Below, in pieces: positions 29,190-41,211 of a DNA stretch of 64,000 nt (the stretch's first letter is position 1; every line of letters begins with the position of its first letter). Below the pieces are notes generated by a model. That model was given only the letters and a program-made list of their open reading frames with translations, did no database searches and was not told the origin of the DNA. Position numbers and translations under genes: made by a program. This stretch comes from Takakia lepidozioides (taxonomy: Eukaryota; Plantae; Bryophyta), in contig CM060733.1 in assembly GCA_030704615.1 (NCBI GenBank), forward strand, positions 29,078,001-29,142,000. The letters run 5' to 3'.

Positions 29190-30040
29190 GCCGAGATGTA
29201 GTGTCGTGGAGTGCGATGCTTGCAGGGTATACACAGCAGGGACGTGGGATGGAGGCTTTGGAGACCTATGAAGTTGCGAAGGGAGAGTTTGATAACATGG
29301 CTGAACGAGATGTTGTCTCAAGGAACACGCTGAATCTTGCAAGATATGGCCAGCATGTGTGCGGGATGAGGGCATTGGAGACATATGAGCAAATGTTGCG
29401 AGAAGGGGTGCAGCCTAACCGGGTCACGTTCATTTGTGTTTGCAATGCATGTACAAACTTGGCAGCCCTGGAGACTTGGTAAAGGGCAAAGAGGTCCATC
29501 GTGACATCGTCAAAGCTGGAACTGTACCAGATGTAACAATACCTCGTCGACATGTATGCCAAACGTGGGAGCATTCCCTTGTGGACAAGGAGTGTTCAAC
29601 AATATGGCTGAGTGAAATGTGGTGTGGTGGAACATGATGATCGCAGGACATGCACAACATGGGCGGGGATTGCGGGTTTTGGAGACCTATGAGCAAATGA
29701 TGTGGGTCTAGGGGGTGAAGCACATTACGTTTGTTTGTGTTTGTAGTGCATGTGCGAGCCTGTTGGAGAAGGGCAAAGAGGTCCATGGTTGCATCGTCAA
29801 AGCTGGAATTGTGGTAGATGTCATTTTGAACATGAATACCCTTCTAGATAGGGAGTGCTCAACAATATGGCTGAGCAAAATGTGGTGTCGTGGAAAGTGA
29901 TGATCGCATGACATGCACAACAGGGGCGGGGATTGCAGGTTTTGGAGATCTATGAGCAGTTGATGTAGGAGGGGGTGAAGTCCGACCACATTACGTTCAG
30001 AGAGTTCAAGTGCCTCTCCACCATGACCTTGCTTAGCTAA
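29190..30040 (+). pseudogene. Captured PPR (PLS-type) repeat fragments, internally duplicated
   Basis: RDVVSWSAMLAGYTQQGRGMEALE, QMLREGVQPNRVTFICVCNAC and LEKGKEVHGCIVKAG, with multiple frameshifts. Confidence 0.85.
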
Positions 30041-30750
30041 CCATGCCTTGCTGATGTTGTTGTCTTGCACTTGAGCTGTTTTTGGACACTGGCTGGAACA
30101 TCCACAAGGCGGCTCTGCTCGAGAGAGAAATCAACTTGAATGCAGGGGTAGATTTTGAGATCACAATCACCACTCAGAACGTTGTTCTTTGCATCGGCAT
30201 TGTATGTCAGCATGCATATCAGCCCAAACTCATTACTCTGTGAGCCTTCCACTGCCGGAGTGTGCCCATTGAAGCCAGATCTTCGAAACGCAGGGATGGA
30301 ACGGGGTTTTGAAACCAGCATTGCCCAACTGGATACCCAATTCAGCTCCGCATCTTGGTCCATTAATCTGCTACACATTGTGAAGTTTTCTGCCCGTTCA
30401 CCGCAAGTTGAAGAAGGAGTATTCTTAAAACACGGGTACTCATAATCTGAAAATGGCTCCAGCTTATGTTGCTTGAGTGCGAATATGAGTGTGGTTGGCT
30501 TGGCAGCTTTACATCCGGTCCATCCCACTCGATATGATGAGCAGGTTCAGCTTGACTTCTCTCACACAAAAGACGCTGCCAAGATGGGGTTTGCTGCCCT
30601 ACCGTCGTTGTTCTGGGCTACAACATACAATTAATTTGGCCCATGGCGAGGGGCCTTGCCTTCCATCAATCATCTGTAAGTCTTATGAAACTGTTTTTGT
30701 GGCAGTTTGTAAGCAGTGGGTAGCGATGGTGGGCTGTTGTAGGATTTGAT
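30040..30750 (-). pseudogene. Captured DUF2921-like fragment, paralogous to the 20.8-21.6 kb region
   Basis: Shares GCTGTTTTTGGACACTGGCTGGAACATCC and GAGCCTTCCACTGC with 20790-21040. Peptide AVEGS...ICML...GDCDLKI. Confidence 0.65.
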
Positions 30751-32692
30751 GAACTCAATGTTGTGTACTGACAGCAACCCCTCATCTCTTATGCAAGCAT
30801 TCAAAAAGCCAAGTTGACTGCAGAGCATATTCAGCCCCCCACGTTTCTAGTTGCCTAATGTTCTTCATCTCCTGGGCAGAGCATTTTCCAAGGTCTCCAT
30901 CTGTGATGACACACTATCTTCTCATGTGGTTCAGCTTCTGGTCTTGCTCTTGTTTGCACCACCCCAATGAAGGGCAGTTCCCACCTGCTTGATTCTCTCC
31001 ATATGGTTGTCTTGGCAGGGTTTCCCACAACCGCCTTTCCTTTTCAGACTGCCAGTCATTAGCCTCGTTCTCCAATGCTTCACTTTCTTCCCAAGTGAAG
31101 TGCTCTCCTCTTTTATGCTTCAACGTCCCTGCAGGTGTCTTTTCCTTCATCTCCCGTGGTGCTTTCGAATGAATGAGCACTGATTTGCATCTGTTGGCAA
31201 CACTTACGGTGTCCCTTTCCTTGCATGCCACTGCAGGCCCGTCATTGACTTTCTTGGCAGGGAAGTCTCCTCCTTCTCCCTCATTTTCTGGCTCTGTTGG
31301 TGCCCCACTCACCATGCTATCAGGGCTGCATTTATTTCGTGGTGTTGCGCCAGCCAAAGGCGATCTTTCACTGGTCCGATTGTTGGCAGCAACTGATTGG
31401 AGTCTTCTTGGCAGAGTCTCCCACGAGCTCCCATCAGTTTCAGGCATCAGGTTTTCTACCCTGCCCTTCCACTTTTCATAAGCGAGGTGCCTGTCTTCCT
31501 CCCTTTCACTCTTTAGCCTCTCAGGCAGATTTTTCTTCATGCGATTGCTGCTCCCATACTTCCAGTCCTTGTTTAATTTTCTTCAGCCATCACCCTTAGA
31601 TTTGACAAGGTATTGTTGCCCTTCCTTGTGTCTTTCCTCACTTCTAGCTGCTGGTTTTATCCCAGATTCACCTCTCATCCTTGCCTGGGGTTTTGCTTGC
31701 CAAACAGCCCTTGTGTGGGGAACTTCAACGAAAGGCAACATCTCATTCTCAGCTCCTGTCTTTGTACCTCTTTGCAGCAGTCCAGCCTCGGGTGCCTCAC
31801 TTTCTGATTGCTGGGTTGCATTCTTCGACCGCCAACCTTTGACAGGAAAGTGTGCTCCATCTTCCTCATCTTCTACCGGTTCCCTTGATGCTTCACCTCG
31901 TATGTCTTCCTCCTCATGTTTTAGCAGCAGCTCCCATGCCTGAATTGCTACTTTTCCTCGTAGTTGATCTTGTGCTTTCCTTTTTCTCCGTAGCTTAATC
32001 AACTGTTTTGTCTTGGCAGCTCCCTTGCCATGAGTGCCTTGTCTCACTGCATCTCCCTTGGCTGCCCACCATCCGTGGAGTTTTTCCTGCACCATTTTGA
32101 CCCTCGTTGGCATGCACTTTGCTGTGATGCCCCACATGTATTTGCTGCTCCCTTTAATCATCAACATAGTGCTCCAGAGCCAGTTCCTCATTGTTGACTA
32201 GTTGACCTTCTCAGCCCTTGGACCCCATTTTCCCTTCTCCCATGTTGCCTCGTCTTTCTGCTTCATCAATTGCTTTACTTGCACGATGTTGCTTCTTCCC
32301 TACAGCTCATCATGTGTTGTGGCTCTTTCCCATATTGCACTCACTCCCATCATACGTTGTGCAGTTGATAAGACTGAGATGAGTTGATGCAGGATAGGGG
32401 GAGGGCTTGCTGGTGTATGTTGTCCGATAGGCCCCACGCACAAAGTCAAAGCTGGAAGTCAGCCTTGCAAGGGGGGCTGCTATTTCATGAGCGGCATGAG
32501 CATGAGCGGGAAAAAAAAAAGCATGAGCAGACCATTGTGAGTCCACGGAAATAGGGTTAGGAGGCACGAAAATAGGGTCATGTGAAGTTGGAATGTGGCA
32601 CCAGTGGACTTGAAATGCAACATTTTATTGCAAATTTTGTGGCAAGCCACGTCTATACAAGTGTGTTCTAACTGTCATAGCCGGAATGGGCA

Positions 32693-35600
32693 CTACTCTC
32701 CTACACCCTCCGAGGAACCTGCCCCACCTTCTTCCTCATCCCCCTCATCCCCCTCATCCCCCTCATCCTCCGAGCTCTGTGATGCATCAGTTCCACTATG
32801 CCTCTCAAAAATCCCGTCCTCTCCTTGGGGGACTGTCCACCTCACCTCCTGAGAATCTTCTGCGTCTTCTCCCCCACTTTCCTCAGCAGAATCCAAGACA
32901 AATCTACGAGCCCGACGGGCTCTAATAGCTGCTGCCTCCTCCCTCATCTTCATTTTCTTGAGGCTTGCCTCGTCTAAAATCTGTTGTACACGACTACGTT
33001 CGGAACACCTCCTAATGGACACCGAAGCAAGCCGGGCAGCATAAGTAGGAAGGATGTACTCCCTTTCTGGACTAGGCATGAAATCCCCCCTGGCAAAAAA
33101 ATGCACGTTCCTCCTGCCCATGAACTCCGGTGTAGACGTCCCTCCGGCAGTACTTGGCATCCTACAGTAAGAACAAATCCACTTCAAAAATGTCAATACT
33201 AGCACAACCAGAAAGGGTTTTCAATGAAATAAGAGAGCGGAGGGAGGTGCCTCACAAAATCTGGAGGCAACTTACAATGCCACCACTCACTCGTAAACCG
33301 GGGGCTCCTCGGCCTCGATCCCAACTTCCTCCCCCTGCTCCTTCTCGGATTTTTCCTCATCCTCCGAGGATGCCTCTTTCTCTTTCGGCAGACGTTCAGC
33401 CGCTGCAAGTTCCGAGTTGTGGAGGGCAGTATCAAGCTCGAAGGCGAACACATGCCTGTCGGACAACGTCCCTGCCCACATTGAAGCACCTGAGGAACAA
33501 AGCGGGCGGTTAATAGCTTGCGGCATGCAATTGCAATCAGGCCAGGGGACAAACTGAGCACGTGAAGGCTTACCCGTGCCGCATGTGAGGTCCAGAATCC
33601 GCCCTTGGACATCCGAGCACGTCTCCATGAGGGTTTGGATGAAAGCAGGGCTCCGGGTCCGGCTGTACCGCCACGGTTTGCCTGTCTTTGTGTCCTTCGG
33701 CATACTGGAGTGGGGCACATAGTTGTAGAGGACATCGTAGGTTACAGGGTCCACAGCGGCATCAACAAGACGACCGTCGTTGCGGAATTTGAACGTAGAC
33801 CCTCTCTTCACAAAGCAATATGCCTCAAACACCAATGTCTGCACATCCAACAAAGAAGGGATCAACTCCAGGGTCTACTTAACATACACCACAATATGAA
33901 GTGAATGCAATAGATTGATAACTTACACTTTGGTCCTCTGTTCGCAACCCCTGTGTACTGATGCAGAACCATTTTCTGAGGAGGACCGGGGTGACACTTT
34001 TCGGTGTCCACCTTGCCACCGCATTCTCTGTGGTCTTCCCTCTCGTGGCAAGGACAACCACACATCCACCGTCATCCAGAAGCATCCCCGCCAGCCCAAA
34101 CCCGGCTTTCCAGTAGTCCTCAGTAAACCTGTTCCAGGTGGGCACACCATCCAGGCCCTCCAGCAGCTCCCCATCTGGAATGTCGAGGAGAATCATGTTG
34201 CAAGCTCTCTCCACCTCAACCCCCCCCCCCCCCGAGTGCTCTTGCAATTCGTGCTCACAGCCGTGAAGAATTCCATCATGGCTTCAAAACCAGGGGTGTC
34301 TTTAGGCTCTGTACCGCCAGCCCTCTTCTTGGCTTTCCCCTTCTGCTCCGCCAGAGACTTGCTGTGTGCCACCTTCTTCGCCCTGGCAGTGAGAGCGTCA
34401 AGGAAGCTCTCATTGACGCATTGGATGATGGTTGGAGGTTCTAGCTTTGGCCTGTGCGTAAACGTCACCGCCGAATACCGCCGTGTAGGCTCGCCCTCAA
34501 ATGCCAACTTCTTGGCAGAGCCAGTCCCACTCTGAACTGACTTGGGAACCCGGACGACCGGTGACTGGGTAGGAGCAACAACAGTCGCAGGACCTTGAAC
34601 AAAGTCGTCGTCCGAGTCACTCTCTTGGGTCCCCTCCTGCGCCTCCTCCGTTGCCCCGATGGTTTTCTTCTTTTTGGGTGTTACTGCACTCACCTGTTTC
34701 CTTGTCCTTTTCCTTTGGCCTTTACTCTTCTCATGCAATTTCTCCTGAATTCCTGCCTGAGCAAGCTCTGCCGCTTTCCTGGAGTTCGCAAGCGCTTTTG
34801 CCTCTTTTGCACCCAACGGAGGCAGCGGAGCCCGGTTTCGTCGGAATTCAGCATCCAGCTTCAATTGAAACTCGGATGGGTCGAGCGAGCCGGGCGGAAG
34901 GTCCACATACCAAGGGCAATCACGCAAATGTTCCAGATGCCACTCCTTCACAATATCGTCAGTGTACATGGAGTCAGCCCCAGGGTTCCTCCATGCCAGG
35001 AAGAATGGTGGCTCGAAAGACAGATGACCTTTCTCCAAAAGGGAGAACTTGCAGTACCTGCATTCATGAAAAACACAATGAGGTCCCTGAAATGCATATT
35101 CGGCACCATTTTCCCAGGTTGGGGCGGATGTGAGTGGGCCTAGAAATGGAAAAATGGCGCCGAATTTCGGTTACTGCCACCCTAGGGACTTAGCCATCTT
35201 GAGAGCCCTGAACTGGAAATTCGGCGCCATTTTTCCCGGTTTGGCCCGAAGATGGCTAAGTCCCAGAACGGCAATAGGGCCTAGAACTGGAAAAATGGCG
35301 CCGAATTTCCAATTCAGGGCCAGCCACCCTAGGGACTTAGCCCGAAAATGGCTAAGTCCCTGAACGGCAATAGGGCCTACAACTGGAAAATGGCGCCGAA
35401 TTTCCACTTCGGGGCCAGCCACCCTAGGGACTTACCCCGAAAATGGCCAAGTCCCTGAACGGCAATAGGGCCTGGAACTGGAAAATGGCGCCGAATTTCC
35501 AGTTCAGGGCCAGCCAGTCTAGTGACTTAGCCCGAAAATGGCTAAGTCCCTAAACGGCAATAGGGCCTAGAACTGGAAAATGGCGCCGAATTTCCAGTTC

Positions 35601-38600
35601 CGGGCCAGCCAGTCTAGGGACTTAGCCCGAAAATGGCCAAGTCCCTGAACGGCAATAGGGCCTAGAACTGGAAAATGGCGCCGAATTTCCAGTTCAGGGC
35701 CAGCCAGTCTAGGGACTTAGCCATTTTCGGAGCCCTGACTAGAAATTCGGCGCCATTTTCCCTAACACCACATGAGGCTTCTAACATCCTGAAATGCAAG
35801 GACTTCAAAGAAAGGCAGCGCGTATGTACTTGTACAGAAGGCGCATTGCTGCTTTGTCCGCGTTCGGCTGGTCGGTGAACTCGTGGCTCCGGCGAGCATC
35901 TGCTATCTCCCGAAAGAATAGGTTGGTTTTGTAGAGCAGAAAGTACCTCGTCACATAGTCACGTAGGCTCTCTTGCGCATTCGTCGTCACCTGTGGAGAT
36001 TCTCCATCAGATCGCTTTCCTGAAAAAATACAATGAATCCACCCCCTACTAGAGTAGAAGCCCCAAACGAAGCGTGGGGAAGTACCTGAAACCACCATGT
36101 CATGCGGTTCATCCACATGTCCAACCACCCAGTATATTCGTAAGCACCAAACACCACAAAAAGGAGTTGTTGCCACGACAATTTGGTTAAGAATGTATCA
36201 CCTTTTCTGTTGCATCCACACAGGATGTGGCTAGACGATGGAGCTTCTCCAATGTCATCGTGGGCTTCAGAGCGCGAGAGTAGTGCTTCCCCACCTCCAC
36301 CAGAAAGTCGGCACCAAGGGCGGGATCAGCTATGGCCACGTACTTTACCATCCGCGACTTGTACTTTATGTGGGCCCTCACCTCCGCAGCTTTGACATAC
36401 GATTCGAGTTCCGGGAGGGTTGGATTCTTCTCCTCTGACTCCATGTAGAACCTCCGCACATGTGCCAAATCCTGCTGTATTTTCGTTTGTCAAGAATGCG
36501 CACATAAGATTAGAGATCCTGCTCAACACAATTTCTTCTATTGGGGGAGGAGAGACAGATTAGCTCAACAAAACTGTCAGGAGCTTTACCCGAAATATGT
36601 AGTCCACCATGGCGTCGACGCTCAGCCTATACCAGGTTCTGTCTGCCTTTGCCTCCGACTTGCGCAGGAGGTCGGCACTGAGGGAATTGGCAAACTCTTG
36701 CACCCCCTGCTTCCCGACATCCTTCACTCGGAAGAGCATATGAGACAAGTTGGTGGCAATGAAGGCATTCTCAGTCACCCTGCAGTGCCACATTTCCATC
36801 AAACAATACTGAAATGGGAATTTTCATCATATATGAGGATTCGCAATGAAATGACTTCCAAATTCAAAGTCCAAAACCGAGAGGGGTTGTAGCTTACGAG
36901 TTGATGTCGGCCATTGCAGCTTTGAGAAGACTGCGATCTTTGGGCCCCGCAACCTTCAGCACAACACAATCCACGGCGAAATGCCAATCGAGGTCGTTGG
37001 GGTGGGCTTGGGCAATGTGCTCCATCCATGCCAGGAGGCGATGATTGCCATCCCACACGTAGAACATCTTACCGGACAAGTGCTGGAAAAGAGGATCACT
37101 AGCAATCGATCTCTCGAACTCCTCATTTCGCGTTTGCCAATGGGGACCCCATTTGTCCACCTCATCGGAAGTGTGGGCACGAGAAGCTCCGTGGTCGTTC
37201 TCAATGGAAACGTAAAACGCGGCAGACCCCATTCGATATCCATCCCGGAAAGAGAATTTCAGCTTGTCGATATCGCCTGGGAGGGCAGGTCTCACCACCT
37301 GCAATGACACCAAGCGGCAAAGGGGAATTCGAAGCTTGGCCGGGTACACCATGCCCCCCAGCACCCTGCCAATGTTGCTATGGGTTGCCTCCAACATCTT
37401 GGCAGCGGCCAACTTCATATCCGCCTCAGACATGACGTCTGCTGCAGAGGGGTTTTTCGGCAGCCCACCAGGACCGCCAAATCCAGCCTGTATGCTCCGG
37501 GTTTGGGGCCTGGGGATGTCCAGGAGGATGTCATCCTGGTCAGAAAGCTCCCTGTCGTCCTCCTCAACAGGGTCAGCCACCTGCGAAACCACCTCCAGCA
37601 CTCTCCCCGTCTCTACTGCCCTCTCCCTGGCTTCACCTCGAACTTGCACAATCCGTGCTCTTTCTGGTGTTCTTTCCTCTCCTCCACTCTCCACCGTATG
37701 GGTAATTGCGGGGGCTGCTCTTGCCCGCGATGGTCTAACCGGTGTGTTACTGCCTCTCTGTGGTGTCTTGGAGGGATCCACCGTCTCTGTGCGTCCCTCG
37801 CTTACATTGGCATCTGTCATTTGGGCACCCCTGGCCTCTTCAGTGGCCTTTTCTCTTTCCTCTTGGCTAGCATTCTGTCTCGTCTGTTCTTTTGCCCTCT
37901 CTTTTGCCCTCTCACGGGCTTTCTGTTTCTTACTAGGGCTAGCAGCAGGGGAGCCCTCCAGGACGACCACCTTTGATTGAGGCGAACTGACACCCTCGCG
38001 CCCACTGCTCACTCCCCCCTCCACAGCCCGTGACGGCTCTCTCGCCGGGGATTGCATGTGCTTAGCTTTCTTCTTTTTCTTTGCGTGGGCGGGCCCTACT
38101 GCATGTGCATGAACAACCTCCATTGCCGGATCTGCTGTCCTCATGTCCTCACGCCCTTCACCTGCCATGCCGCCTGCACCAACCTCCCCAATGCCTATTC
38201 TGTCGTACTCTCGTTGCAAGTCCTCCCGTCCACCAACAAAAGGTTGAAGTTTGCCCTCTCGCCCCAAGTTGGGCGATTCAAACATGCGATGAGTTGGAGC
38301 TGTCGATGACACCACCAGCGTGTCGGGCTCGTCGTCACTCTGTGATTCCCAAAAATCGTGAAAACCAACATCGGTGCAAAAACCAGCATCGCAACGAGCA
38401 GCGCAACCACCATAGCAACAATCGTGTAACAAAAATGAAAACATAACAAGTTTAGGAAGTATGGAGAGCCATGCAACAACAATGAAAACAAATGCAACAA
38501 TTGCCTGAGAATGACATGCACAAGCAGCCTTCTCCACAGCTGCCGGATTTGCACACGCATTGCAAACAATGTAAGGTTCACTCAACTATCTAAAGTTCAC

Positions 38601-38776
38601 TCATCCAGCGAAGCCAGGATGAAGATGCAAAAACAAAGCGAGGCAACAAAGCGAAAGCAAAAAAGAAATCGAACAAAGCGAAAGCAGAAGTGGCTTGCCT
38701 GAGAGTACTCAGCTTCAGTTGGCGCGGGTTGTGAGCAAGACACTGGAATCTCCTGCTAGAGCTTCAGTTTGGCCAT
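32693..38776 (-). pseudogene. Multi-exon MULE accessory gene: ParB/Srx-like domain plus beta-class N4/N6 DNA methyltransferase-like domain and acidic tail
   Basis: FYVWDGNHRLLAW (DGNHR at 37038-37052). Later come MILLDIPDG, GMLLDDGGCVVV and PWRYSRTRSPAFIQTLMETCSDVQGRILDLTCGTG/ASMWAGTLSDRHVFAFELD, with motif IV before motif I. GT-AG introns. Frameshift at the 14-G run (34220-34233). The 5' end is uncertain. Confidence 0.75.
35100..35762. repeat. 95-bp tandem array carrying GAAAATGGCGCCGAATTTCC, inside an intron of the ParB-MTase gene
   Basis: GGCGCC at 35297, 35392, 35487, 35582 and 35677, with inverted copies at 35223 and 35749. Confidence 0.9.
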
Positions 38777-39099
38777 GCGAGAGATTGGCCGTCGTCCGTA
38801 GTACAGAGCTTTCAACTTCCGCCGCGGTCTGGATGTGAGGTCTCTCTCAGGAGAGCCACGCCCTTCAGGCGGCATAAGTCCCAACCAAAATGGAAAAAGA
38901 TCTCAGTTTTTGGGGTACATGCCTCGAATAGCATGTTAAGCCAAGACTAGCATGAGATTTAGGGTACGTATCCAGGAAGCCATGTGTCGCCGGCCCGAAT
39001 GAAAACCGACGGCGGTGGACATTTATTGCCCAACTGCGCAATTAAATGTCGGATGAAGCCCTCCATGTCGGATGAAAATCGACGGAAAGAGGCCCGGAA

Positions 39100-40910
39100 T
39101 TTCCAACGTAGAGGTAATTCCGGCGCCGAATTTCCATCCAGCAAGGAAGGGCGGCGCGCAAAATTTCCCTCAAGCAGGTAATTCAGAAGCGGATGGATGG
39201 AAATCTGGCGCCGGATTTCCATCCGCGCAGGTAGGGCGGCGCGCCAAATTTCCCTCACGCAAGTAATTCAGAAGCGGATGGATGGAAATCCGGCGCCGGA
39301 TTTCCATCCGCGCAGGTAGGGCGGCGCGCGAAATTTCCCTCAAGCAGGTAATTCGGAGGCGGATGGATTGAAATCCGGGGCCGGATTTCCATCCGCAAGG
39401 TTGGGCGGAGAGCGGATGGATGGAGATCCGGCGCCGAATTTCCATCCTGCAGGTAAGTGGAATCCCGGATGGATGGAAATCCGGCGCCCAATTTCCATCA
39501 TGCAGGTAAGTGGAATCCCGGATGGATGGAAATCCGGCGCCGAATTTCCATCCAGCAGGTAAGTGGAATCCCGGATGGATGGAAATCCGGCGCCGAATTT
39601 CCATCCTGCAGGTAATTCGAATCCCGGATGGATGGAAATTCGGCGCCGAAATTCCATTCGCCAGGTATTTCATCGCTCAGAATTACCTTCCTGCAGGTAA
39701 TTCTGATCGATGAATTACCTTCGTGCAGGTAATTCTTCCTGCATGTAATTCTGAGCGATGAATTACCTTCCTACGCTCGGAATTACCTGCAGGAAGGTTA
39801 TTCATCGATAAGAATTACCTGCACGAAGGTAATTCATCGATCAGAATTACCTGCAGGAAGGTAATTCTGAGCGATGAAATACCTGGCGAATGGAAATTCG
39901 GCGCCGAATATCCATACGCCAACGATCCGACTTACCTGCTGGATGGAAATTCGGCGCCGAATTTCCATCCATCCGGGATTCGAATTACCTGCAAGATGGA
40001 AATTCGGCGCCGGATCTCCATCCATCCGGGATTCCACTTACCTGCTGGACGGAAATTCGGCGCCGGATTTCCATCCATCCGGGATTCGAATTACCTGCAG
40101 GATGGAAATTCGGCGCCGGATCTCCATCCATCCGGGATTCCACTTACCTGCTGGATGGAAATTCGGCGCCGGATCTCCATCCATCCGGGATTCCACTTAC
40201 CTGCAGGATGGAAATTCGGCGCCGGATCTCCATCCATCCGGGATTCCACTTACCTGCTGGATGGAAATTCGGCGCCGAATTTCCATCCGGGGGATGGTCT
40301 CTGTCGGAGAGGTGCCGGCCTCTCCGCCGCTCTGTTGGATATTCGGTGCCGAATTTCCGTCCGGGGGTTGAAATATGACGGCCAGGTGTCGACCTCTCCC
40401 CCCTCCCCGACTGCATCGGAACGGCCCCGGATTGAAATTCGGCGCCGTTTTTCCATCTGGGGAGGTTTTTATGTCGGCCAGTTTTCGGTCTGACCCCCGA
40501 CACGACTTCCTTTGGGGGGGCCCGGATGGAAATTCGGCGCCGAATCTCCATCCAGGGGATGCGCCCGAGGCGACTTCATCCGGGCGTCCCCTGTTGGATA
40601 TTCGGTGCCGAATTTCCGTCCGGGGGTTGAAATGTGACGGCGAGGTGCCGACCTCTCCCCCCTCCCCGACTGCATCCGAACCGCCCCGGATGGAAATTCG
40701 GCGCCGTTTTTCCATCTGGGGATGTTTTTATGCCAGCCAGTTTTCGGCCTGACCCCTCGACACGACTTCCTTTGGGGGGGCCCGGATGGAAATTCGGCGC
40801 CAAATCTCCATCCAGGGGATGTTCTCTGTCGCACACGCGCCGGCCTCTGCGCCCTAGGCGACTTCATCCGGGCTTCCCCTGTTGGATATTGGGTGCCGAA
40901 TTTCCATTCG
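39100..40910. repeat. Central palindrome array (85-, 53- and ~260-bp units) forming a long inverted repeat between the divergent MULE genes
   Basis: Perfect 30-bp palindrome GGATGGAAATTCGGCGCCGAATTTCCATCC at 39941-39970. 53-bp units point in opposite directions either side of ~39740-39810. Confidence 0.9.
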
Positions 40911-41211
40911 AGGGTAGTAATGTGACGGCACGGTGCCGGCTTCTCCCCTTCAGCCGACATCATCCGGACGGCCCCCCACTTTCTGACTGCATACCGTTGG
41001 CAGTTATTGCGCAAAGACCAGGGGCCGCATTCCGGAGACAAGGTTCATTAACACTCTGACTGTGGATTTTTGAGATAGTTGGGTCCCTGGATTTGGATCA
41101 GGCTTCGTCGCTCGGACAAATCGGCATCTAATTCATTCCCATCGCTGCATCCCCCTTCTACCAGGGAGCTTCCCCGCACGCCATCCTGGCAGTCTTGTGT
41201 GCACATCTCCC

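Noticed and set aside
37264-37980. 238-aa plus-strand ORF and similar antisense ORFs over TE genes
   Set aside because: Shadows of the minus-strand coding sequence with no recognisable motifs.
39100-40910. CRISPR-like appearance of regularly spaced palindromes, and many overlapping ORFs (MEIRRRISIHP...)
   Set aside because: Spacers are repeated rather than unique, there are no cas genes and the context is eukaryotic. The ORFs are by-products of the tandem repeats.
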